Shown in pieces: positions 10,600 to 19,700 of a stretch of 53,812 bases of DNA (its first letter is position 1; every line of letters begins with the position of its first letter). Made by a program: the position numbers and the translations under genes. The notes under the pieces were generated by a model. The model was not told where the DNA came from. It did no database searches and was given only the letters and a program-made list of their open reading frames with translations. Source of the stretch: an uncultured archaeon (GTDB lineage: Archaea > Asgardarchaeota > Thorarchaeia > Thorarchaeales > Thorarchaeaceae); NCBI GenBank assembly GCA_964558645.1, contig CAZLEV010000002.1:409450-463261 (forward strand), given 5' to 3'.

Positions 10600-10765
10600 G
10601 CGTCCGTTGTCTATGATATCCCAGCATCTGGGGTATTGGCTAAGGGGCTATGATGGATCCCTGCCACGGATCCGGCAATCGCATCCATTTCGGATTCGAT
10701 CGGAAACCGGGAACTGCGTTCAGTTTCGAACGTGGTCGGGAGTTCGAGTCCCGGCGGACGCACCA
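10600..10765 (+). tRNA. tRNA-Gly(GCC) with three non-canonical introns (10614-10643, 10677-10706, 10712-10742); CCA encoded
   Basis: Removing three hairpin introns yields a canonical cloverleaf: GCGTCCG TT GTCT AGGGGCTA TGAT G GATCC CTGCCAC GGATC CGGC CCGGG TTCGAGT CCCGG CGGACGC A CCA. Each junction forms a BHB-like motif; the intron 1 boundary is least certain. Confidence 0.88.
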
Positions 10766-10810
10766 TTTCATCTTTCTAATCAAGAGTTCTGTGTGAGGAC
10801 CAAGAGAGTA

Positions 10811-12115
10811 TCAGAGCCGGGACATCTTGTTCACGGCTCTGGAGATACCCATTAGCGTCTTCTCGATGTCATCATCAGTGTGAGCAAAGGAGAGCGCCCC
10901 CAGGCCGTGGTAACCAAAGATGCACTCTTGCATAAGTAGGCCCTGGAAGATATCTTGTTGTTTATGATCGAAGAGCTTGCTAATCTGTCCAGGAGTTGTG
11001 ATGTCGTCTGGTGGCAGATTGGTGAGACAACTGATGAAGTTGATGGAGCCATATCCCGTACCGATGAGGCTGACCTTCTTCTCCTCAAGCATATCATTCA
11101 GTCGTTCTCGGAACACATCGCCCATCTTGTTCAAGCGGGAGAATTCGTCCTTCTTGGCTCTAAGCTGTTCCAAGACTGCCAACCCCGCGACCATTGTGAG
11201 AGGATGGCTTGAGAAGGTGCCTCCTCCCACCCAGCGGCCGCCCTTGGCACCGGGTACGGCCAGAGACATGATATCATCGCGGCCGCCATACACCCCAAGG
11301 GGCATGCCACCGGCAGCTGCCTTTCCCAGCGTCAGGAGATCGGGGGTGACACCAAATAGTCCGTCCCCGGCGGTTCCATACTTGAGGCGAAAACCGGTTA
11401 TGATCTCGTCAAATATGAGCAAGATGTCCCTTGACTCAGTCTCCTCACGGAGATACGAGAGGAAGTCGTCCTCTGGAGCGAGTCCCCCTCCGGCTCCAAC
11501 CACAGGCTCAACGATGACTGCTGCAATCTTCTTACCGTATTTCTTGAGCATCTCATCAAGGCTCGCCCTGCTGTTGAAGTCAAAAGACACTCCGTCGTAG
11601 AAGGGGTCATCAGAATAGGGGTACTTGAGGTGGAATGCTAGTGCATCATTACCGCCATGCCAGCCGCTCAGAGCCTTACCCACCAGCGGACGTCCTGTGA
11701 AGAGCCTAGCCAGCCGCACAGCGTACATGGTTGACTCGCTTCCAGTTGCTGTAAACCGCATCTTCTTGAGAATCGGTACTGCCTTTTGTATCTCCTCACC
11801 ATACTTGACTTGAAACTCCGTTGGCGCACCAAAGTGATATCCTGAGTCGAGTCTTGCCCGGACAGCCTCCACAACGTGGGGATTGTTGTGTCCCAGTATC
11901 ATGGAGTAGTGTGTCATCCACCAGTCGACATACTCATTCCCGTCAATATCCCATATGTGCCCGCCCTTGCCCCGTTCGATATACGGCGGGTACGACCCAC
12001 TGGTCGGCATACCGAAGGTGCGGATATTATGACTCACCCCGCTGGGAAACACTCTTGTTGCGCGCGCCCAGAGATCGCTTGACCTTCTGGTCCTTGAGGA
12101 GTAATCTTCAAGCAT
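10811..12115 (-). CDS. Class III aminotransferase, glutamate-1-semialdehyde aminomutase-like
   Basis: DIDGNEYVD, LIFDEIITGFR, PLP lysine in DLLTLGK, GGTFSSHP. Confidence 0.85.
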   Translation of the reverse strand: MLEDYSSRTRRSSDLWARATRVFPSGVSHNIRTFGMPTSGSYPPYIERGKGGHIWDIDGNEYVDWWMTHYSMILGHNNPHVVEAVRARLDSGYHFGAPTEFQVKYGEEIQKAVPILKKMRFTATGSESTMYAVRLARLFTGRPLVGKALSGWHGGNDALAFHLKYPYSDDPFYDGVSFDFNSRASLDEMLKKYGKKIAAVIVEPVVGAGGGLAPEDDFLSYLREETESRDILLIFDEIITGFRLKYGTAGDGLFGVTPDLLTLGKAAAGGMPLGVYGGRDDIMSLAVPGAKGGRWVGGGTFSSHPLTMVAGLAVLEQLRAKKDEFSRLNKMGDVFRERLNDMLEEKKVSLIGTGYGSINFISCLTNLPPDDITTPGQISKLFDHKQQDIFQGLLMQECIFGYHGLGALSFAHTDDDIEKTLMGISRAVNKMSRL

Positions 12116-12307
12116 CTGAAATCACCAAGTCCTGATAGAACTGTATGTTCCAATCATGTCGTGGATTTCAGTATTCCGACCATCGTTCAAAGGCGAGATA
12201 TGTCCTTGGTTTCAAGAAGTCAAATGCATTTCCCCATTCGGGAACGAAGCTGTTTTCAGTACAACCGTAGTTTCCCGTTACACTGATTTGAAGAGGTCTG
12301 CAAGACA

Positions 12308-13690
12308 ATGAACCGAACACAACTGGGCGCTCTATCTGTGGCTATTGCAGCCTCATTTCTGACACCGTTTATGTCATCATCCATAAACATAGCATTGCCC
12401 TCGATTGGCGAGGAGTTTGCAGCTGACGCGGTCATCCTGAGCTGGGTTGCAACTTCCTATCTGCTTGCTGCAGCGATGTTCTTGGTGCCCTTTGGCAGGG
12501 TTGCAGACATTCGGGGTAGAAAGAGGATATTCGTGGCAGGGCTAATGGTCTATACAGTCGCCTCGGGTCTCTGTACGTTGGTCAATACTATCGAGCTTCT
12601 TATCGTTACGAGGATACTCCAAGGGGTGGGCGGGAGTATGATTTTCGCGACGGGAACAGCAATACTGGTATCGGCATTTCCACCCGAGAAGAGGGGAAGA
12701 GTACTCGGAGTGAATGTGGCGGCAGTCTACACTGGACTGAGTCTAGGCCCGACAATCGGAGGGATCATGATCAAGAGTCTTGGATGGAGAAGCATATTCC
12801 TTGTCAACATCCCTATTGGATTTGTAACTCTCATACTTGCTCTTGTGATGCTTGAACATGAATGGGCCGATGCAAGAGGAGAGCAGTTTGACCTGATGGG
12901 ATCAGTCCTGTATGGGGGGATGCTTCTACTCATAATGTATGGACTCTCAGTGTTTCCCAACGGAACCCTGTTCATTGTAGGTGGGCTTGGATTGCTGCTT
13001 GTGTTCATTGTATGGGAGCGAAGAGTCGAGTGCCCGGTTCTTGAATTAGGAGTCTTCACCCGGAATCGGACGTATGCGCTTTCTAACCTTGCTGCCCTCT
13101 TGAGTTACACCGCCACATTCGGAGTGGGATTCTTGATGAGCCTCTTCATGCAATACGTCATGGGGATGGATTCACAGGAAACAGGACTCATTCTGGTATT
13201 CCAGCCCGTATTTCAGGCATTGTTCTCACCGCTTGCAGGAAGGCTATCGGACAAGATACAACCGGCAATTGTCACATCAGCGGGAATGGCTCTGGCATCA
13301 CTCTCCTTGTTCCTCCTCTCGCTTCTCAATATCCAATCAACTCGTCTGACAATCGTGATGAACTTGGCCCTGCTTGGATTCAGTCTTGCATTGTTCAGCT
13401 CGCCCAATGTGAACGCAGTGATGAGCAGTGTATCCAAGAGACTCTTCGGTGTTGCCAGTGCAACAGTGTCTACTATGCGGCTTGTTGGTCAGACGACCAG
13501 TATGGCGATTATCACACTGGTCTTTGCGCTGCTTATAGGCAGGATCCAAATCACACCTGCAGTAACCCCGGCACTCATCTATAGCACCCAGACCATATTT
13601 CTCGTGTTCTCAGTGCTGTGCCTTGTTGGGACAGTCATCTCAGCAGTAAGAGGGAGAGTCGTTCGAGAAGAGGTACAACAGTTGGAATGA
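12308..13690 (+). CDS. MFS transporter (DHA2/EmrB-like, 14 TM)
   Basis: GRVADIRGRKR motif A, RILQGVG, GPTIGG. Confidence 0.92.
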   Translation: MNRTQLGALSVAIAASFLTPFMSSSINIALPSIGEEFAADAVILSWVATSYLLAAAMFLVPFGRVADIRGRKRIFVAGLMVYTVASGLCTLVNTIELLIVTRILQGVGGSMIFATGTAILVSAFPPEKRGRVLGVNVAAVYTGLSLGPTIGGIMIKSLGWRSIFLVNIPIGFVTLILALVMLEHEWADARGEQFDLMGSVLYGGMLLLIMYGLSVFPNGTLFIVGGLGLLLVFIVWERRVECPVLELGVFTRNRTYALSNLAALLSYTATFGVGFLMSLFMQYVMGMDSQETGLILVFQPVFQALFSPLAGRLSDKIQPAIVTSAGMALASLSLFLLSLLNIQSTRLTIVMNLALLGFSLALFSSPNVNAVMSSVSKRLFGVASATVSTMRLVGQTTSMAIITLVFALLIGRIQITPAVTPALIYSTQTIFLVFSVLCLVGTVISAVRGRVVREEVQQLE

Positions 13691-13771
13691 ATCTGATGAT
13701 ATGTCAGAGCACTTCCGTATTATGAAACATATGGATACACTTGATATGCACCAGAACCAGAGTGTAAGTCC

Positions 13772-14179
13772 ATGAAGAGAGTGTTGTTCCTCTGCACCGG
13801 TAATTCAGCACGCAGTCAGATGGCTGAGGTGCTTCTGCGCGAACTGGGAAAGGGAGAGTATGAGGCATTCAGCGCCGGAACAGACATTCAGACAGAGGTC
13901 AATCCTTTCGCCATCCAGGTACTCAGAGAGAGAGGCCTTGACACCGAAGAGCTCCATCCAAAGAAACTGGATCGCTTCAAGGGTGAAACATTCGACTTCG
14001 TCATTACTGTATGCGATAATGCAAGACAGCAATGCCCCTTCTTTCCTGGAGCAAGAGAGATGCTTCACTGGTCACTTGAGGATCCTGCAGGATTCGAGGG
14101 GAGCCATGAAGAGATTCTCTTGATCTTTAGGGAGACCAGAGTTGAGATTGAGAAGAGAATCAGGGAAACACTGCTCTAA
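13772..14179 (+). CDS. arsC: Arsenate reductase, LMW-PTP family
   Basis: LFLCTGNSARSQMAE, ITVCDNARQQCP, HWSLEDP. Confidence 0.88.
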   Translation: MKRVLFLCTGNSARSQMAEVLLRELGKGEYEAFSAGTDIQTEVNPFAIQVLRERGLDTEELHPKKLDRFKGETFDFVITVCDNARQQCPFFPGAREMLHWSLEDPAGFEGSHEEILLIFRETRVEIEKRIRETLL

Positions 14180-16257
14180 TCTTCAACCCAATCGAACTTC
14201 CGTTGCAGGAGTTTGGTGTATATATTTCTCCAGTCATAATCAACCTTCTCACACCAGTTGTAGACAATCTTCGGATGAATGTATGATTTGAGGGATGTGC
14301 CCAGATTCCACGTCCGAGAATTTCGCGCCAGTGCCCAGTCAACCTCTATCTTCTTCTTGGCCAGTTCAGCCTTCTTGACACGTTCCTTCGCCCGTTCAAC
14401 CATTTCTTTCCGTCGTTCGATTCTATCGTTGCCAACTTCGCGTGCGTCGATCAGAGCCTGTTTCTTCTTCTCTAGTATCTCCTGACTTCTGCGATAGGTC
14501 TCTGTGTAGTCCTGTACACGCGTCTTTGCCTTTTCCCATCGCTCTCGTGCCCGGTCAATCTTGGCCTGTGCCTCTTCCAAGCGTTCTTGTTTGGTCCGCT
14601 TGCTCTTTCTTCGGCTCTCACGGATTGCACGCTTCTCGGCGCGGGCATTGTCCCATGTCTCTTTTGCCTTGTCGCGTTTCTCGCGATATTCTGCCAGCTT
14701 CTCTTTGCGTTTTTCAACGACATCCTTCTGTTTCTCGATCAGCTCTTTCTTCTTCTTGAGCCGTTCCCTTTCCGTCTTACGGCGTTTCTTGAGACGCTTC
14801 TTCTTGTCCGCAAGTGCCTTCTCAGCCTTGGCAATACGCTTATCCGCCTTCTTCAGCCGCTCTTCGAACCGCTTGTCACGTCTTGGCCAGCTCTTGGGAG
14901 CCTGCTTGGTGTGATTCATGATACGAGCCACTTCTAGATTGGCCCGCTTGGCTGCCGCCTTCTTGATGAAATCCGGGTCCTTCTTCGATACTTTGCTCTC
15001 CTTGAGCTCCTCTCTCATAGTGACAGACGCATGGTGCGTCCGGAACATCTTCGCGGTGAGATCTGGGTACACCTCACTGAGGAACTGGTTCACATCGTGA
15101 CTCCGGACCTTGGGAAAGATCTGGGCCATCTTCTTTGGGTCGGCCTTCGTCTTCTGGTGCTTTCGGGATTTGAACGAGGCAACCCGATCCTCAGCGTTAT
15201 CGTACAGCTCACGAAAGACCTTGTAGACATCATCAGGCGTCTCCAGTTCCTTATGCCAAGGAACGCTGTCTTTCCCCAAGAAGTCGAATGTTATCAGCCC
15301 GTTCTTTAAGGTGAGATGCTCAAAACGCAGAGTTGTGGCTCCTACGGTGTCTGCCTCGTCCTTGTCCTTCTCATCTCCCACTCGCAGGTTCAGACGGTCA
15401 ATCAGGTAACATGCAGCTGCTATCTCGCGCACCTTTGCGTCGGCCGAATGGAGCCCTCTCATGATGTGCTCACGGACATCGTCTATGTGCTTCTGCAACC
15501 TCAGGGCACTGTCAAACTTCTCGGCTTCTCGTTGCTGCTTTATTGGTGTGCAGTCATGGAGCCAGATGTACTTGTTCTTGCCTGTCAGTTCATCTTTCCA
15601 CTTCGCAATCCAGAGGCACTCAGGTTTCCAGACGATCTCCCTCCAGTTCCCCTTGGGCCTAGGTGCATCAGGAGAAAGGTTCAGGGTGATGTCCTGATGA
15701 GTGGCGCCCTGCTTCCAGCGACCGCGGAGAGGGTGTTCGCCTCTTCCCATGAAGATTCCAGAAGGTTCCGTCATATAACTGGCGAGTTCCATGCGCTCGC
15801 CGTCAACCTCGGCGTAGCCATACTCTTCCTTGAGCCCCTCGCGTTGCTCTTTCCGTTCCTCCCGTGCTCTCTTCTTTTCCTCGTTCGTCATGGCCTCTTT
15901 CGCAGCTTGCTCTTCTTCCACATACTGTTTCACTTGCGAGAAATCGACTTCGTCAAGAGAGAGGGGAGGATTGAAGCCGAGGGCTCTACTAAAATCAGCC
16001 ATGAAATTCTCAATGAACACGTCGTCTTCAATATACGGCGTGCCAAGCTTCTTCACCCATGCTACTGCCATCGCTTGCTGTTTCTCATCAAGGGTGATTC
16101 TTTCGCCTCGGACCTCAATCTCCAGACCTTGGGACTCTGCCGGCTCGAGCACGATTAGTCCGTTATGCTTCAGGCTTTCCATTACTACATGAAACCTCTT
16201 CGATTCATTTACAAGCTCAAGAATAGACGGGTCTAGTTCGCTTGTTCTTCTCGTCAT
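14176..16257 (-). CDS. DNA topoisomerase IB (eukaryote-type) with long coiled-coil linker
   Basis: LKHNG, EPSGIFMGRGEHPLRG, LRVGDEK, FLGKDSV, AKMFRT, NH and the catalytic Tyr in LGTSLKSYI; start taken as ATG 16257. Confidence 0.93.
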   Translation of the reverse strand: MTRRTSELDPSILELVNESKRFHVVMESLKHNGLIVLEPAESQGLEIEVRGERITLDEKQQAMAVAWVKKLGTPYIEDDVFIENFMADFSRALGFNPPLSLDEVDFSQVKQYVEEEQAAKEAMTNEEKKRAREERKEQREGLKEEYGYAEVDGERMELASYMTEPSGIFMGRGEHPLRGRWKQGATHQDITLNLSPDAPRPKGNWREIVWKPECLWIAKWKDELTGKNKYIWLHDCTPIKQQREAEKFDSALRLQKHIDDVREHIMRGLHSADAKVREIAAACYLIDRLNLRVGDEKDKDEADTVGATTLRFEHLTLKNGLITFDFLGKDSVPWHKELETPDDVYKVFRELYDNAEDRVASFKSRKHQKTKADPKKMAQIFPKVRSHDVNQFLSEVYPDLTAKMFRTHHASVTMREELKESKVSKKDPDFIKKAAAKRANLEVARIMNHTKQAPKSWPRRDKRFEERLKKADKRIAKAEKALADKKKRLKKRRKTERERLKKKKELIEKQKDVVEKRKEKLAEYREKRDKAKETWDNARAEKRAIRESRRKSKRTKQERLEEAQAKIDRARERWEKAKTRVQDYTETYRRSQEILEKKKQALIDAREVGNDRIERRKEMVERAKERVKKAELAKKKIEVDWALARNSRTWNLGTSLKSYIHPKIVYNWCEKVDYDWRNIYTKLLQRKFDWVED

Positions 16258-16314
16258 CGAGAGGGTGCCAAAAAAAGGATTGTGCTTTGGATGGAAGGAA
16301 ATGCTTCCCCAACC

Positions 16315-16351
16315 AAAAAAAAGATAGGGCCGAGTCTCGGGCGAGACTCGG
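16315..16351 (-). terminator. Hairpin plus U-run, terminator-like
   Basis: Perfect 10-bp inverted repeat CCGAGTCTCG-GG-CGAGACTCGG (16330-16351); T8 run 3' of it on the minus strand. Confidence 0.5.
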
Positions 16352-16611
16352 GGGGCTTGATGAGCCTTCTTACCAAGGCTCAACCAAAACAGGGGGCAGA
16401 TCTTCTGGATTCATTTTGTTTCAGAGTATTGTTCATGCCTACGTTAGTGTTCTACACTGCTCCCCAGTCAGCATTATACAATGAAGAGATAGAGTTCCTT
16501 TTCAATAGGAGAAGGTGTTCTGTTAGAGTTTCGAGGGGCGAATATATAGCAGACGCGCCAACATCTATGGCTCAATAGACATAATGGGCAGCGCGATTAA
16601 AGGCAGGCGAT

Positions 16612-16735
16612 CCTTCTGCTTGCTCCTGGGTGGCTCCAGAAGTTGATGGCGACATCAGGCAGAAGACGGATGGAACACAGAAGTCCGTAGGTGGGATTCA
16701 CTCCCTTAATGGACTCAGCCTCAAAACCATGTGTG
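16612..16735 (+). ncRNA. Orphan omegaRNA-like scaffold (3' part) plus putative guide (16702-16735)
   Basis: 64/87 ungapped identity of 16617-16703 to 23329-23415 downstream of tnpB, with compensatory base changes; ends GAAGTCC..GGATTCAC. Confidence 0.7.
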
Positions 16736-16781
16736 TGGTGCGGCCGCCGGGAATCGAACCCGGGCCATCAGCTTGGAAGGG
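16736..16781 (-). repeat. 3' half of tRNA-Gly(TCC), att-like duplication
   Basis: 32 nt identical to 23449-23480, extending to the anticodon loop TTGGAAGGG; anticodon stem variant GCTGA versus GGCTG. Confidence 0.9.
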
Positions 16782-16796
16782 GATGAACCGGACTTC

Positions 16797-19700
16797 TCAG
16801 TGAAAGAAACCCTCCAGAACCTCGAAGAACTCCTCCACATTCACTATGTGAAATCGACTCCAGTCACCCTCATCCAATAGCTGCAGAATGCTATTCACTA
16901 CCTCATCAGCATCAATACGTCGTGGAAGCTCCCATGAAACAGAGTCAAGAAGCTCATCTACCTCTCCAGCTCGTTTCACCTCCAGAGTGAGCGTCCTCCT
17001 CTGCAAGTCAGCCTCCAGTCGGGCTGGCATTTGCCCATCCCTCAGGCCCCGCGCCTCAAGTGCGCTTCTGATTCGAGCGCGCTGAGCTTCTGGATCATAG
17101 ATCGATTCTTCCGGAATCTCTGACGTGATATTCCTCCAGAGATCATCCAAGACCTCTGAGAGCTCTCGGACTACATCCAATTTATAGGTGAATGAGCGGT
17201 TCTTCCAGTATTCCCCCGTCAGACTGGACAGTGCTGCCCATTCGAGCCAGTCAGCTCTGATGGTCAAAGATATCTCCCATCTCTGCTGCTCAGCTCGAAG
17301 ATAGGTCCCGGGTTTCAGAGATGAAACCTCGAGTCCGCTCTTCCGCAGAATCTTTCTAATGAGTGGGCTCTCGCGGAAGACCATGTTCTCTCGCTGAACG
17401 TCTGATGGAAGAATGACTTTGACAGGATGAATCGTAGAATCGAAGACTATGCTCTCGGTTCCGAGTCGGAGGATGATCTCTCTATCAGTAAAAAGGCCGC
17501 AGAAGGCATCCGAGATTCTCTCATTCTCTCCCTCAAGAATTGACTGCCAGCATCTACCATGTTCCTTCCCCTCTCCCGAAGCCAGGGGACACTCGTTCTC
17601 GTTGTGGGATAGTCGAAAGCTGATCTCCTTACCACAGGGGAGGGCCTGTAGGTCCGCTATTCTTGCCGGTAGTCGGATATCAGCTGTTTCGGGAATGAAG
17701 GTCTCACTGACATTGGCCATGAGTGAGAGATCTCCATATTCGATGTCATTAAACCGGTCCCAGGAAACCATATGCCCAGACGATAGCCTTACAGGTAGAC
17801 CTTTGCTAGTGAGGGTCAATGTTTCGATGAGATTTGGCGTGAAGTGATGCTCTATCATCTGTAGGGACTCATCATCTTCGTTCTTGATGTCCACTCTGCA
17901 TCCCTCATCTGTCCACGACAGCTCCACTGACACATCTGTCTGCCCTTGAATCCGCCTGAGGACACGTCCAACAGCCTTTTCGAGTCGATGAGATAGACTG
18001 GCTGGAACCAAGATGTCAGTAGATCTTCGTGAGACTGGTTCTAAGATGGGGCCTTGTCTAGTGGCCCGGAGCATCGCAATTGAGCCCGTTGCTCTACCAG
18101 GGATGAAGTCGAATATGCTCCTTAGAATCCAGTCCGACTCCTCTGTTTCTCTTGTCCAGAACAACCAATCCCCATTGTTCTGCTGGAGAGCCAGAGAGAT
18201 GCGAGAGCCTGTATCCATGAGTTCGCGGACACTGTCAATGCGCTCTGAGATATCACTCTCAGCCCATTGCATCCCATCAGGGCGTGTAGCCAGCCTTTTG
18301 TTGAAGAAGCCCACAAGGACTCTAGCAGGATTCCTCGGGTCTTCCAGTGCAACAATGCTGATTGGTTGGTCAGGATCCTCTGAGTAAACTATCTGACCAA
18401 AGCTGGCAATCCTAGGTTTGGGAAGTTCAACAGTCTTAGGATAGGAGTCCCTCGCCTTGGATCTCTTATGCTTGGGACCACGATAGAGTCGGTGAGCATT
18501 GATCTGGCCGAGGAAGATATCGGCAAATGTCTTCTGCCCTCTTGTGCGAGGAGGACGATACCTGAGCCTATGCAGTAGAGGGGGTATATCTGCGGGTTCA
18601 CGGGAAACAGACCGTCTTGTTATTGTCAGACCTTCCATAGACTCATGAAACTCGTCGAAGGAGTCACGGAAAGCATCTGAGAGGGTCACACCGGGTGATA
18701 CCTCTGTGTTGGGCCACAGGTCAGCCAACCAGGGGAGCAGGCTCAATGCCAGCGACCTGATCCTCTCTCGAACCCACGCCTTCGGTACAACCTGCTCCTG
18801 TAGTTCAGACATCTCTGTCTTGGCCCGATCATATTCTTCGGTCCTGAACTTGGTAGCCCAGTGTCTAAGAACCGGGATGTGCAGAAGTGAGGTCTCAAAC
18901 CCGGAGGACGACTGGGCCACCACGACCCTGATGTCATCAAACATGGGGCTTCGAGGAGCGGACTGGCGGTGCCACGAGTCCGGGTCGATGACTCGTTCAG
19001 GCGCACATGGGAGGTTCCATATGATCTCATCCAGTTCACCCACAAGGGGAGAGGTATCACGAACAGGAATCAGGCAGTTGGTCGAGTAGATTGGAGTTCT
19101 TCGCTCATACTTCACCGGCCTTGAGAACCAGAGGATGGTTGTCTGTTCATCATCGGATAATCGGTCTACCAGCTCAGCCAGCAAGCGGTTCTTGCGGTCT
19201 CGATACGGTGAGGGCGTTGAGCCTTCAATCGCGTCCCACCCTGACACAACTAGCAGACGGGGCTGTTTCACTTTGTCTTCCAACACCCTCGACAGGTCAA
19301 GCATCGGGCCGTCATTGTAGAGGTATGCCTGAATGCCAGCAAAGAGTGGTTTGAACTCTATGGACTGGAGGGTTTCCTGCACTGCATCTGGCAGACCGTT
19401 CTCGGCCGGCCGCAGACGCGCCCTGAACCGAACCGCCCCAAACGAGGTTGTGGGGAACTCGTCAGCCAAGTCAAGCCAGACAACACGCAGGTCAGGAGTG
19501 GACTCTCGCAGCTGGTGGATCATCTGCAGGCCGTGATAGTGTCCTGCAATCCAAGCAGCCGAGGAGCCCGCTGATGTGGGAGATGCGGCCGAAACATAGA
19601 GGATGAAGCGTCTGGCTCGAATCCCAGCACCGGTCAATGGGTCATAGGGCGGTCTCCATTCCTGCGGCACCGAGGGCTGTCTGTAGTCTGGAGTGTGGTC

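Noticed and set aside
15316-16158. 280-aa plus-strand ORF
   Set aside because: Antisense shadow of topoisomerase IB.
16258-16383. N-terminal extension of TopIB in the ORF track
   Set aside because: It crosses a hairpin and poly-T terminator-like region; ATG 16257 is more plausible.
16702-16735. Self-targets of the two putative guides within the window
   Set aside because: No convincing match found by eye (only about 10-nt hits such as CTCATCTTGT near 24384); a computed search is needed.
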